64,000 bases of DNA from contig DJMA01000041.1 in assembly GCA_002436415.1 (NCBI GenBank), positions 36,410-100,409 of the forward strand, read 5' to 3'. The notes under the pieces are model-generated. The model was not told the DNA's origin and did not search any database. It saw only the letters and a list, made by a program, of their open reading frames with translations. This document shows, piece by piece, positions 47,159 through 56,173 of the stretch (position 1 is the stretch's first letter; each line of letters opens with the position of its first letter). Source of the stretch: Bdellovibrionaceae bacterium UBA6502 (lineage in GTDB: Bacteria > Bdellovibrionota > Bdellovibrionia > Bdellovibrionales > UBA840). The position numbers were made by a program, and so were the translations under genes.

Positions 47159-48168
47159 GTTAGCTCCTTAGTTGTCAGGTTATAATATTGGATACGGTAA
47201 TAGGCTATTAGGTCTCCGCCAAAACTCAACTTAAAACGGCCACGTTCAGGGCTGTTAATGCCTTCAAAGTCTAATACTTGAAGTTCAAGCTTTTTTAAGG
47301 ACTCTATAGATTTCCACATGGCGTAACTTCCCATGCCAGCTTCGATGATTTTTTTGTTAGAGGCACCATAAAGAAAGTGTGCCTTCTTAAAGCCAAAAGA
47401 AAAAAGATTCGCTGTAACTAGTTCCTTTTTTTCTGAATAGAGGAAGTACAATTTAAGTTTGTCTTGATAGTTTTCAAAAAGCATTCTAATACTTTGAATC
47501 TCATTCTCAAGCTCATCCATATAGTTTGATGCAGCTTGTTTGTATAACAAAAGAAAGGCTTCAATGTCCTTAGACTCTTCAAAGTGAAAGGAGTTGGCAA
47601 AGCCTTTTCTGATTTCTCGACGTCTTAAAGTACTTAAGTTTTGGGTCCAATCATCGGACTTAGCATTGTATTCGACAAGGCTTTTCAGATTTAAAAAGCT
47701 AGTATACCTAGTTGTGATTTTATATTTTTCATCGATGTTTTTACTGTGGTAATTAAACCACTGAAAAGGGCGAATATCGACGATCTCTGGAATTAGGCAG
47801 AAGTCAATCGTTTCGAAGTAGTTTGGTAACTGTTCGGCGATAAAGTTGGAGATTTCATAAATCTGAGAATTTTTTTTCGATTTGGATTTTAAATTTAAAA
47901 TTTCACCAGAAAAAAGAAAGCCAGAATGTATAGCGCCATTTTTAAAAACAAGATTCTTCCCGGCGTTTTCTGTTAAACCAAAAAAGATGGCCTTTATGCT
48001 ATGGTTTTTCTGGATCAAAAAGCATCGGTTTTCTTGGGAAAAGTTTTTAAAAAAATGCGGCTCAAAAAAGCAACTTGCTTGGGGGCTGTTCGCTAAAAAA
48101 TCCATCCAAATGCCCAATTGGCTATGTGTATTCAAATCAATCTCTTTAAAGCTCAAAGCATCAGACAT
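47155..48168 (-). CDS. FemAB-like / Acetyltransf_6 GNAT-fold acyl(aminoacyl)transferase
   Basis: The C-terminal LDFEGINSPERGRFKLSFGG is typical of FemAB/BioF2-like GNAT proteins. The preferred start is ATG 48168 behind AGAGGG; the ORF-track TTG is at 48207. Confidence 0.65.
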   Translation of the reverse strand: MSDALSFKEIDLNTHSQLGIWMDFLANSPQASCFFEPHFFKNFSQENRCFLIQKNHSIKAIFFGLTENAGKNLVFKNGAIHSGFLFSGEILNLKSKSKKNSQIYEISNFIAEQLPNYFETIDFCLIPEIVDIRPFQWFNYHSKNIDEKYKITTRYTSFLNLKSLVEYNAKSDDWTQNLSTLRRREIRKGFANSFHFEESKDIEAFLLLYKQAASNYMDELENEIQSIRMLFENYQDKLKLYFLYSEKKELVTANLFSFGFKKAHFLYGASNKKIIEAGMGSYAMWKSIESLKKLELQVLDFEGINSPERGRFKLSFGGDLIAYYRIQYYNLTTKELT

Positions 48169-48256
48169 TATCCCTCTCGTGCAGTCTATAATACTAAAAT
48201 AACTCAAGTTTAGTGTCTAGGGGCTTTTTAATCTTGCTTGGGTTTCTTTTTTTGGC

Positions 48257-48294
48257 TCTCGGCCCTTGACGCCACCAAATCCAGCCCCATATTT
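48257..48294 (+). promoter_or_regulatory. Sigma-32 (RpoH)-type heat-shock promoter upstream of dnaJ
   Basis: TCTCGGCCCTTGAC - 14 nt - CCCCATATTT compared with the E. coli consensus TCTCNCCCTTGAA N13-17 CCCCATNTA. It lies 38 nt upstream of the dnaJ ATG. Confidence 0.65.
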
Positions 48295-48331
48295 AATAAG
48301 ATGTTAAATTTAAGTGATTTAAGGTGGATCT

Positions 48332-49459
48332 ATGCAACAAGATTACTATGATATTCTAGGTGTTCAGAAAAATTCTGACCAAAGCACCATCAAGAAGGCT
48401 TATCGCAAGCTTGCGATGAAGTACCATCCTGATCAAAATCCTGGCAATCAAGAGGCCGAGGAAAAGTTCAAGGAAGCGGCTGAAGCCTATGAAGTGTTAG
48501 GAAATCCTGAGAAACGTTCAAGGTACGATCAATTTGGTCATAACGCATTTAAGCAGCAAGGTGGCTTTGGTGGCGGTCAAGGTTTTGGCGATATCAATGA
48601 TATCTTTGATAGCTTTGGTGATATTTTCGGCGATATTTTTGGTGGCGGGGGAAGACAGCGTTCCCGTCGTGATGGTCCTCGTCAGGGTGCTAACCTTCGT
48701 TATATGATGCGAGTGGATTTAAAGAATGCCGTGGAAGGTTGCCAAGAAGAAATCGAATTTGATGCCGATAGCTCTTGTGGAACTTGTAGTGGTTCAGGTA
48801 GTGCTCCTGGCTCAAGCCCTGAAACCTGTAAGACTTGTGCTGGTAAAGGACAGGTAGTTCGAACTCAAGGATTTTTTAGTGTAGCTACTACATGTCCTAG
48901 TTGTAATGGGCGCGGACAAACCATTACCAATCCTTGTAAAACTTGTGATGGTTCTGGAAGAGAAAATAAAAAACGTAAAATCAAAGTAAAAGTTCCACCA
49001 GGTGTAGATACTGGAACTCGTTTAAGAATTTCTGGGGAAGGGGAAGGCGGATACCGTGGTGGCCCTGCTGGAGATCTTTATGTAGAGATCATTGTAAACG
49101 AAGATCCATTATTTACTCGAGAAGGAAATGACTTGGTAGGACAAGTTGAGATTTCTTATTTGCAAGCCATTTTAGGAGCAAAACTTGAGGTGGAAACTTT
49201 CCGTGGAAAAGAAACGGTAGAAATTCCTGCTGGAACGCAACCCAATGATCAGATCGTACTAAAAAGTAAGGGTGCCCCAAGCATCCGTGGCTATGGCCGA
49301 GGGGATATGATTTTTATCGCTAAGGTAAAAATTCCGAACAAATTAGATAAAGAAGAAGAAAAAGTTTTAAGGAAGCTTGCTGAAGATAAGGGTGAGTCCA
49401 CAAATGGACCTATTGCGGGCTTTTTTAGTAAATTTAAAGATGGTCCATTAAAGCATTAG
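48332..49459 (+). CDS. dnaJ: Molecular chaperone DnaJ
   Basis: J domain with HPD (KYHPDQN), a G/F-rich region, four CxxCxGxG zinc-finger repeats and a C-terminal substrate-binding domain. Confidence 0.97.
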   Translation: MQQDYYDILGVQKNSDQSTIKKAYRKLAMKYHPDQNPGNQEAEEKFKEAAEAYEVLGNPEKRSRYDQFGHNAFKQQGGFGGGQGFGDINDIFDSFGDIFGDIFGGGGRQRSRRDGPRQGANLRYMMRVDLKNAVEGCQEEIEFDADSSCGTCSGSGSAPGSSPETCKTCAGKGQVVRTQGFFSVATTCPSCNGRGQTITNPCKTCDGSGRENKKRKIKVKVPPGVDTGTRLRISGEGEGGYRGGPAGDLYVEIIVNEDPLFTREGNDLVGQVEISYLQAILGAKLEVETFRGKETVEIPAGTQPNDQIVLKSKGAPSIRGYGRGDMIFIAKVKIPNKLDKEEEKVLRKLAEDKGESTNGPIAGFFSKFKDGPLKH

Positions 49460-49477
49460 AAAAAGATTAGCTTTGGG

Positions 49478-49508
49478 CCTTGACGAATCAAAAATTGAAA
49501 CCAAATTA
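49478..49508 (+). promoter_or_regulatory. Weak sigma-32-like promoter candidate upstream of dnaK
   Basis: CCTTGAC - 16 nt - CCAAATTA. The -35 is good and the -10 is poor compared with CCCCATNT. Confidence 0.3.
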
Positions 49509-49543
49509 ATTAAGATTTTTAAACATATTTAAGGAGACGAGTA

Positions 49544-51436
49544 ATGGGTAAAATTATAGGAATCGACTTAGGAACTACAAACTCAGTAGTTTCAGTAATG
49601 GAGAACGGAGAAGCAAAGATTCTTTCCAACGAAGAAGGAACTCGCACAACTCCATCTGTAGTGGCATTTACAAAAGACGGGGAAAGACTAGTTGGTCAAA
49701 TTGCAAAAAACCAAGCGGTTACAAACCCAGTAAATACAATCTTTTCTTCAAAGCGTTTTATTGGGCGTTTATTTTCTGAAGTAAAAGAAGAAACAACAAA
49801 TATTCCATACAAAGTAGTAGAGAGAAACAAAGAATGTGCTTTTGATGTGGATGGAGAGACTTACACTCCAGAGCAGATCGGTGCTTTTGTACTACAAAAA
49901 TTGAAAAAAACGGCGGAAGACTATCTTGGACAAGAAGTGACTGAAGCGGTGATTACAGTTCCAGCTTACTTTAACGATGCGCAAAGACAGGCTACAAAAG
50001 ATGCAGGTAAAATCGCAGGTCTTGAAGTAAAACGTATTATCAATGAGCCAACAGCAGCAGCGCTTGCTTATGGTCTTGATAAAAAGAACGATCAAAAAAT
50101 CGTAATTTATGACTTCGGTGGAGGTACTTTTGATGTATCTGTACTTGAAGTTGGTGATAATGTTGTAGAAGTGAAATCAACTAACGGTGATACTCACTTA
50201 GGTGGTGATAACTTTGACCAAGTGATTTTAAACTGGTTAATCGCTGAGTTCAAATCTACCAATGGTGTAGACCTATCGAATGATAAACTAGCTCTTCAAC
50301 GTTTGAAAGAAGCGGCTGAAAAAGCGAAGATTGAACTTTCTTCTCGTGTAGAGTCTGACATCAACCTTCCATTCATCACTGCTGACCAAACTGGGCCTAA
50401 GCACTTACAAGTAAAATTGACTCGTTCTAAGTTTGAACAAATGTCAGAAGAATTAGTGAAACGTGCTTTAGAGCCTTGTAAAAAAGCTCTTCAAGACGCT
50501 GGTTTAAGTGCCGGTGAAATTGACGAAGTAGTTTTAGTTGGTGGTACGACTCGTATCCCTGCAATCCAAGAATCTGTGAAAGGATTTTTTGGAAAAGAGC
50601 CTAACCGTTCTGTAAACCCTGATGAAGTTGTGGCAATTGGTGCTGCGGTTCAAGGTGGTGTATTGGGTGGTGAAGTGAAAGACGTTCTTCTTTTAGACGT
50701 AACACCTTTATCTTTAGGTATCGAAACTATGGGTGGAGTGTTCACGAAATTAATCGAAAGAAACACTACAATTCCATCGAAGAAATCTCAGATTTTTTCT
50801 ACGGCGGCAGATAACCAACCAAGTGTTGACGTTCATGTATTGCAAGGTGAGCGAGAGATGGCTGAGTTTAACAAAACTTTGGGTCGTTTCGAGCTAAGTG
50901 ATATTCCAAGTGCTCCTCGCGGTGTACCGCAAATTGAAGTAACTTTCGACATTGATGCTAATGGTATCTTAAGTGTTGGAGCGAAAGATTTAGGAACTGG
51001 TAAAGAGCAAAGCATTAAGATCACTGCCAAGTCTGGTTTAACAGACCAAGACATTGAGCAAATGGTTGCTGATGCAGAGGCAAATGCTGAGGAAGATAAA
51101 AAACGTAAAGAAGAAGTGACTCTAAAAAATAATCTAGACACTTTAGTTTACCAAACTGAAAAAACCTTGAAGGACAATGCCGATGCAGTGGCTGAAGCTG
51201 AAAAGAAAACAGCTGAAGAAGCAATTGCTGAATCTAAGAAAGCTCTTGAAGCTGGTGATTTAGACGCTATGAAGGGCGCTTACGAGAGATTGACCAATGC
51301 ATCTCATGCAGTTAGTACTGCTCTTTATAATAAAGAGGGTGCAGCTCAGGGAGGTCCACAGGCAGAGCAACAACAGCAACAAGCTGGTGGTGATGACGAA
51401 GTGATCGATGCTGAATTTAAAGATGTAAACGATTAA
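49544..51436 (+). CDS. dnaK: Molecular chaperone DnaK (Hsp70)
   Basis: [17 protein letters not shown] and [10 protein letters not shown] motifs. 630 aa. RBS AAGGAG. Confidence 0.98.
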   Translation: MGKIIGIDLGTTNSVVSVMENGEAKILSNEEGTRTTPSVVAFTKDGERLVGQIAKNQAVTNPVNTIFSSKRFIGRLFSEVKEETTNIPYKVVERNKECAFDVDGETYTPEQIGAFVLQKLKKTAEDYLGQEVTEAVITVPAYFNDAQRQATKDAGKIAGLEVKRIINEPTAAALAYGLDKKNDQKIVIYDFGGGTFDVSVLEVGDNVVEVKSTNGDTHLGGDNFDQVILNWLIAEFKSTNGVDLSNDKLALQRLKEAAEKAKIELSSRVESDINLPFITADQTGPKHLQVKLTRSKFEQMSEELVKRALEPCKKALQDAGLSAGEIDEVVLVGGTTRIPAIQESVKGFFGKEPNRSVNPDEVVAIGAAVQGGVLGGEVKDVLLLDVTPLSLGIETMGGVFTKLIERNTTIPSKKSQIFSTAADNQPSVDVHVLQGEREMAEFNKTLGRFELSDIPSAPRGVPQIEVTFDIDANGILSVGAKDLGTGKEQSIKITAKSGLTDQDIEQMVADAEANAEEDKKRKEEVTLKNNLDTLVYQTEKTLKDNADAVAEAEKKTAEEAIAESKKALEAGDLDAMKGAYERLTNASHAVSTALYNKEGAAQGGPQAEQQQQQAGGDDEVIDAEFKDVND

Positions 51437-51457
51437 CTTTAATTTAAATTTAAAGTA

Positions 51458-51488
51458 GAAAAGGCCAGGCATTAGCTTGGCCTTTTTT
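51458..51488 (+). terminator. Rho-independent terminator after dnaK
   Basis: GAAAAGGCCA / TGGCCTTTT stem with a 10-nt loop and a T-run. Confidence 0.75.
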
Positions 51489-51690
51489 GTGTCTTTTATT
51501 TACATGCAAAGGCTTCTTGTTTTATTTCATTTCCTATTAAGTGTTTCAATTTAGCTCGTAAAACTTTTATTTAAAAATGAAACAAATTTAAACTCAAGTA
51601 GCTCTTAAATGTGATTTCCACACGAAATACAAGAAAATGTTGAAGAACTCGTAAAATATTACCGATGAAATAGGCAGGAGTGAGTGTAAG

Positions 51691-53664
51691 TTGAAACGAG
51701 TTTATTTAATCTGTTCAGAAGAAGATTGTCCACCAGGCTTAAGTTCTTTTATGAAAAGGCTTAGGGGCTTTGGTTATATTTTTGAAAGAATTCGCAGTGT
51801 CGAAGAAGTGAATGCCATTGAGAAAATGAATGCCAAAATCGTGATGGCAGGGGTAGATGTTGAGAAGATAGAGCATCCAACTATGGAAGTGGTATCTGCT
51901 TTTAAACGACGCTTTCCTGAATCCGATTGCATTGCAGTTTATGCTGGGAAATTGAAATACGACCAACAAATTTTTTACAAGGCAGAAGTGAGCGCAGTTT
52001 ACCAATATCCGTTTGAGGATGAACTTTTAATCAATTACTTTTTTGAGAGCGATCCGACGGATTTAGCGAACCATCAGTTAAGTTATGATATTTTAGCAAG
52101 AGTAAGTGTAATGGAGTTGAAGGCAGGTGATCGTTTGCCATTTGCTTTGTATGTACATTTGCCAGCCAACCAAAAAATTATTCCTTACAACCATGTGAAT
52201 CAACCACTTGATGAAGAGGTGTTGGCAAAGTTTAAAAATAATGCGCATTACAATTTATATATTAAGAAGTCAGATTTGCAAATTTATTACGATTATTGCG
52301 CAGTTAGAATTACCGCATCCCAGGAAGGAAAAACGAGAGAAGAGCGACGCCTTGAAATGCAAAAGGAATTACGCTCTTTAATGTCTGGTTTTTTCCATGA
52401 AGGAGACAACTTAAAAGAACAAGCACAGATGATAGAACATTTAGGTAAGATTGTTTCTCGTATAGAGGATGAGTCTGGTTCAAAGCTGAATCTGGTAACT
52501 GAAGTAAATAAAATTGCAGCTCAACAACTTACAAATTATTCTCATGCTAAAAACATGGCAACCTACTGTGCTTTGTTTGGAATGATGGCAGGTCTTTACG
52601 AAACCGAGAGTTTAAGAATGGGTGGCCTACTCCATGATTTAGGGATGATGGATCTACCACTTTCAATGCTTCATAAAGACATATCTGAGATGGATGAAGT
52701 GGAAATTGCTCAATTTAAACTTCACCCCAATTTTGCTAAATTTACAGTTCAAGAGAAGGGGATCAATCTACCACAAATCGTGGAAAATATGATACTGCAA
52801 CACCATGAAAATATGGATGGAAGTGGTTTTCCATATGGCTTAACGAAAAATGATATTGATCCTTATGCAAAAGTGTGTGCTTTTGCTGATGCCTTTGATA
52901 CTTTGACCAGTGTCCGCGAGGGCTATCGTCAACTGAGTCCGAGGGATGCAATGTTAAAAATTGCAGGGGTAGGAGAAAAAGCTCCTTTGCCATTTTTTGA
53001 TTCTGAATTTCATGGAAAAATTGTCACAGCTTTTATGGAAGAAGATTTTGTCGTCGGAAGCGTTGAGCCTTATGTACAAGTAGAGAAAAAGGGGATAGTG
53101 TCAGAACCAGAGGAGAATACAAGATCTCGTATTAAAAGTTTTGATGAATTCTCAAAAGAACAATCCGCCAATATTGGTAGTGTAAAGACAAGTGAAGGCA
53201 AAGAAGTATTTGGTAAAATAAAAAATGATTCAGAAGTAAAAGAGAAAAAACAACTCAATTATGTCGTGAGTCAGTTGGTTGAAAATGAGGCCCAAGAATC
53301 AGATTTACAAGATCAGGCCGAGCCGAAATCGGTTGAGGAAGAAAGCTTTTCTGACGAGTCGATGATTCATGATCTAGAATCAGCTTTAGAGCCGAGTGAA
53401 GAGAGATTAAATAAAAAAACGGCAGAGTCTCCTAAGGCTCGATCTAAAAATGAAGCATCAATCCTTGAAGAAGATTTAGAAGATGATGATGAGATTCTTG
53501 GAGCTCCACAGATCGAAGAAGAGCTTGAAAATGATATGGATGATTTTATGAATCATTTCGAAAATCAGATGCGAGAGTTTAATGGTGGTAATGAAGAGAT
53601 GGAAGACATTGATGACTTAGCACAAAATATGCTCGAAGAGGATGGGGCAGGTAAGTCTGCCTAA
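51691..53664 (+). CDS. HD-GYP domain protein (c-di-GMP phosphodiesterase family) with degenerate N-terminal receiver-like domain and acidic tail
   Basis: TTG start. Motifs GGLLHDLGM and HHENMDGSGFPYGL. The last ~170 aa are E/D/S-rich low complexity. Confidence 0.8.
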   Translation: MKRVYLICSEEDCPPGLSSFMKRLRGFGYIFERIRSVEEVNAIEKMNAKIVMAGVDVEKIEHPTMEVVSAFKRRFPESDCIAVYAGKLKYDQQIFYKAEVSAVYQYPFEDELLINYFFESDPTDLANHQLSYDILARVSVMELKAGDRLPFALYVHLPANQKIIPYNHVNQPLDEEVLAKFKNNAHYNLYIKKSDLQIYYDYCAVRITASQEGKTREERRLEMQKELRSLMSGFFHEGDNLKEQAQMIEHLGKIVSRIEDESGSKLNLVTEVNKIAAQQLTNYSHAKNMATYCALFGMMAGLYETESLRMGGLLHDLGMMDLPLSMLHKDISEMDEVEIAQFKLHPNFAKFTVQEKGINLPQIVENMILQHHENMDGSGFPYGLTKNDIDPYAKVCAFADAFDTLTSVREGYRQLSPRDAMLKIAGVGEKAPLPFFDSEFHGKIVTAFMEEDFVVGSVEPYVQVEKKGIVSEPEENTRSRIKSFDEFSKEQSANIGSVKTSEGKEVFGKIKNDSEVKEKKQLNYVVSQLVENEAQESDLQDQAEPKSVEEESFSDESMIHDLESALEPSEERLNKKTAESPKARSKNEASILEEDLEDDDEILGAPQIEEELENDMDDFMNHFENQMREFNGGNEEMEDIDDLAQNMLEEDGAGKSA

Positions 53665-53920
53665 AAAGAGTCTCTCGGCCTATTCTTACAATAAAATTTT
53701 TAACGTGAATAAAGGTATCTTTGCAAAGGATTATCTTTATAGTTTCATCTGATCCAATCGAGTAATGTGGGTTGGCATTTACGTGCTTTTTCTTTTTTTT
53801 CGAATGATTTAACCTGTGCTAGACCGAAAAAGGATTTTTGCTGATGGATTAAAAGCAGGTTTTAAGCAAGGTTCTGAAAATTATCTTTGTAGCTTCTTTG
53901 TTACTTCGATAAGCTTAGGT

Positions 53921-54418
53921 ATGGCTAAGCATGATTTTAATTTCCAAAAATTTTCATTAAGAAACTTTGTTGATGGCCAAGATGAAGAGGCCTTGTTTCA
54001 AGCCTTGAAAGATCCAGAAGTGGTAAAACATATGGCGAGTTCAGGGATTTCAAGAGCTGATTGCGATGTAATTGTTAAAGAATCAAATTCTCATTGGCAG
54101 GAACATGGAATTGGTTCTTGGGCCGTTGTTAATAACGATGAAGTAATTGGTTGGGCTGGCTTTAAGATTTGGCAAGGCTCTAGCTTTGAGCTTTTAGTTG
54201 TACTAGGAAAAAGTTCATGGGGCTTAGGAAAAGAAATTTATTCCGAACTCATAAAGCTAGGCCGAGAGTGCTATGACCTTAAAAGTGTTTTAGTGGTTCT
54301 GCCGGAGACCCGTAAAAGCTTTCAATACATCGTAAAAAAAGCTGGTTTCGCTCCAGTGGGTAGGGTGGAGTTTAATGGAGAGTTTTTCCAGAAGTTTGAA
54401 TTGAAATTTAAAGATTAA
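53921..54418 (+). CDS. GNAT family N-acetyltransferase (RimJ/RimL-like)
   Basis: 165 aa from ATG 53921 is typical GNAT size (FSLRNF...WAVVNNDEVIGWAGF...). The ORF-track GTG at 53816 would add 35 aa. Confidence 0.7.
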   Translation: MAKHDFNFQKFSLRNFVDGQDEEALFQALKDPEVVKHMASSGISRADCDVIVKESNSHWQEHGIGSWAVVNNDEVIGWAGFKIWQGSSFELLVVLGKSSWGLGKEIYSELIKLGRECYDLKSVLVVLPETRKSFQYIVKKAGFAPVGRVEFNGEFFQKFELKFKD

Positions 54419-54444
54419 AAAAAATAAAGGCTTTATAGTTAGAT

Positions 54445-54531
54445 TGGTGCCCGGGACTGGATTTGAACCAGCACGGGCTTTCGCCCACCACCCCCTCAAG
54501 ATGGCGTGTCTACCAATTTCACCACCCGGGC
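54445..54531 (-). tRNA. tRNA-Leu (anticodon GAG), CCA encoded
   Basis: The reverse complement folds by hand as a type II tRNA. Acceptor GCCCGGG/CCCGGGC, anticodon stem CCATC/GGTGG with loop TTGAGGG, long variable arm TGGGCGAAAGCCCGT, T-loop TTCAAAT, then A + CCA. 87 nt. Confidence 0.93.
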
Positions 54532-54775
54532 ATTCCTGAGTAATAGTTATAGAAATATTTTGAAGCGCGGTCAAAAGGCTTCTTTTTGGAAGTTAAAAAA
54601 TGCTGAAAAACATGACAGCTTGAGGCCACTTAAACTCATTTTAAGAAGAACCAGATCTGATGTGCCCTTAGGAAATGATTTCTTCGGGATATACTTAGTT
54701 CATTTATAAAGAAAAGAAGCTTTCTTCTGAAAAATTAAAAAAGGGTTCGAAGGCTTGTTGAGTTTAATTTTATCT

Positions 54776-55279
54776 TTAGGATTCATCAGAGCCAGAGTCA
54801 GAACCTTCAGTGTATTCACAGCTTCCAACAAACTCGATCAGGTATATCTGATAGATCACATTGTTATCGGTGTCCAATTGAAGCTGGCTGGCAATGACAA
54901 AATCACAACCACCACTTGTGCTGCCACTTTCTTGCTGAATGTCTGACAAAATGGGGTTACTTTCTTGCAAAGTGTAATTCAGACTGTAGTCATCCGAATA
55001 GGCAAAATTAAAAATATCACCTAATCTTGTTAGGCTTTGTAGGTCGGTTTCTAGACTAGCCTTTATCGCACAGTCTGATTTATATTCGCTTTCAAGCTCG
55101 GTAAAGGAAACATTATCTTCGCTAAAATCAGAGCTTATAGAAGACTCAAGCTGGCTGGCAAAAACATAGGTAGAGCTGCAAGAACTGGCGCCGTTAGATG
55201 AGTTTTCATCGTTCGTTAAATCTTTTTCCACGCAGGAAATTAAAAAAATACTAGCCGTAAGTAATAATAATTTAAACAA
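54776..55279 (-). CDS. Small acidic Ser/Asp-rich lipoprotein
   Basis: TTG start behind a perfect AGGAGG. Lipobox FLISC. 167 aa with a low-pI, S/D/E-rich mature part and four further Cys. Confidence 0.6.
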   Translation of the reverse strand: MFKLLLLTASIFLISCVEKDLTNDENSSNGASSCSSTYVFASQLESSISSDFSEDNVSFTELESEYKSDCAIKASLETDLQSLTRLGDIFNFAYSDDYSLNYTLQESNPILSDIQQESGSTSGGCDFVIASQLQLDTDNNVIYQIYLIEFVGSCEYTEGSDSGSDES

Positions 55280-55506
55280 CTTAGCCTCCTTGCTGAAAAA
55301 AACTTCGGCAAAAAAGAAAAAATAATTAACCCTTTTCCCAATTTAGGTGGTCTAGATAATAAGAGCTTAGGGGGATTGGCTCTTAAATAGAAGACAGGAT
55401 GTTTTCTAGACAAAAACCCAAGGATGGGAACTTGGTTTTCAAGGATTGAAAACCGTAAGCACAGGGATAGTGCAGAGGCTGTTTCCAAGCTAAATAGGGA
55501 GGGATT

Positions 55507-55680
55507 ATGGCCTTTAAGAAAAAAACCTCGAAGACTATTACTCTTAGTAAAGAAGAACTGGGAGTGTTATCGAAGGAGCTGGAATTGCTAGAAAATACTC
55601 TAGCGCAGTTCACGGGAAGAACAGAGCGATTCCTGCTTTTTCGAAAACTGAAAAAAGTATTTAAGCAGGCTTCCACCTGA
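55507..55680 (+). CDS. Unlisted 57-aa basic helical protein (below the ORF-track cutoff)
   Basis: ATG behind AGGGAGGG. Clean 58-codon frame (MAFKKKTSKTITLSKEELGVLSKELELLENTLAQFTGRTERFLLFRKLKKVFKQAST). A strong terminator lies 54 nt downstream. Confidence 0.45.
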   Translation: MAFKKKTSKTITLSKEELGVLSKELELLENTLAQFTGRTERFLLFRKLKKVFKQAST

Positions 55681-55733
55681 TTAAATAAATATACAAGTGT
55701 TATTCATTTGTTCCTCTAATTTTTTTGGGCTCC

Positions 55734-55770
55734 GAGGGGCAGGCAATGGGGCCTGCCCCTCAACTTTTTT
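55734..55770 (+). terminator. Strong GC-rich rho-independent terminator
   Basis: GAGGGGCAGGC / GCCTGCCCCTC form a perfect 11-bp stem with a 6-nt loop, followed by AACTTTTTT. Confidence 0.8.
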
Positions 55771-55984
55771 GTAATCTAAAAAATACCTTCTTAATAGAAT
55801 ATGAGATCCATTTAGCTTTTATAGCATTCTCTTTTTGTCTCTAATAAATCTCATTCAAAACAAAACGGCTCTGTAGCATTCAAAGGCAAAGTGAGGGCCT
55901 TTGAGCTGTTTGGTTTGCTCTATTTCTAAGTCCAATTAAGTGCTTTGAATTGATGTTTCATAATTTCTAAAAAAACATGTTCCC

Positions 55985-56013
55985 TTGACCAAACAATTAC
56001 AAGTCTTTAATCT
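55985..56013 (+). promoter_or_regulatory. Sigma-70-type promoter candidate for the riboswitch-btuB transcript
   Basis: TTGACC - 17 nt - TAATCT. Confidence 0.45.
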
Positions 56014-56017
56014 CGCG

Positions 56018-56155
56018 AGACTTCATGGAATCTGGTGAGAGGCCAGAACTGTCCCGCAGCGGTATGATTTACGAGCTCTAAATAAGCACTGGTTATAGAA
56101 ACCGGGAAGCTCCTGAGTGAGATTTGAAAATCTGAGTCCGAATACTTGAAGTTTT
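56018..56155 (+). promoter_or_regulatory. Cobalamin (B12) riboswitch
   Basis: GGAATCTGGTGAGAGGCCAGAACTGTCCCGCAGCGGTA matches the conserved GGTGxGAAxxCC...CCCGCxxCxGTA core. AGCACTGG...CCGGGAAGC matches the GCCACTG...GGGAAG element. The B12-box-like GAGTCCGAATACTTGA is present. GCTCCT (56109-56114) could pair with the GAGGAG RBS at 56164-56169. Confidence 0.8.
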
Positions 56156-56173
56156 TATTTTCCGAGGAGAAGT

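Noticed and set aside
54290-54709. ORFs 54290..54574 (minus) and 54506..54709 (plus)
   Set aside because: Both run through the tRNA-Leu gene. Their sequences are not protein-like and no RBS is present.
54445-55770. Possible integration hotspot or mobile element next to tRNA-Leu
   Set aside because: There is no integrase, transposase, direct repeat of the tRNA 3' end or phage gene nearby. Only a lipoprotein gene and a small ORF are present.
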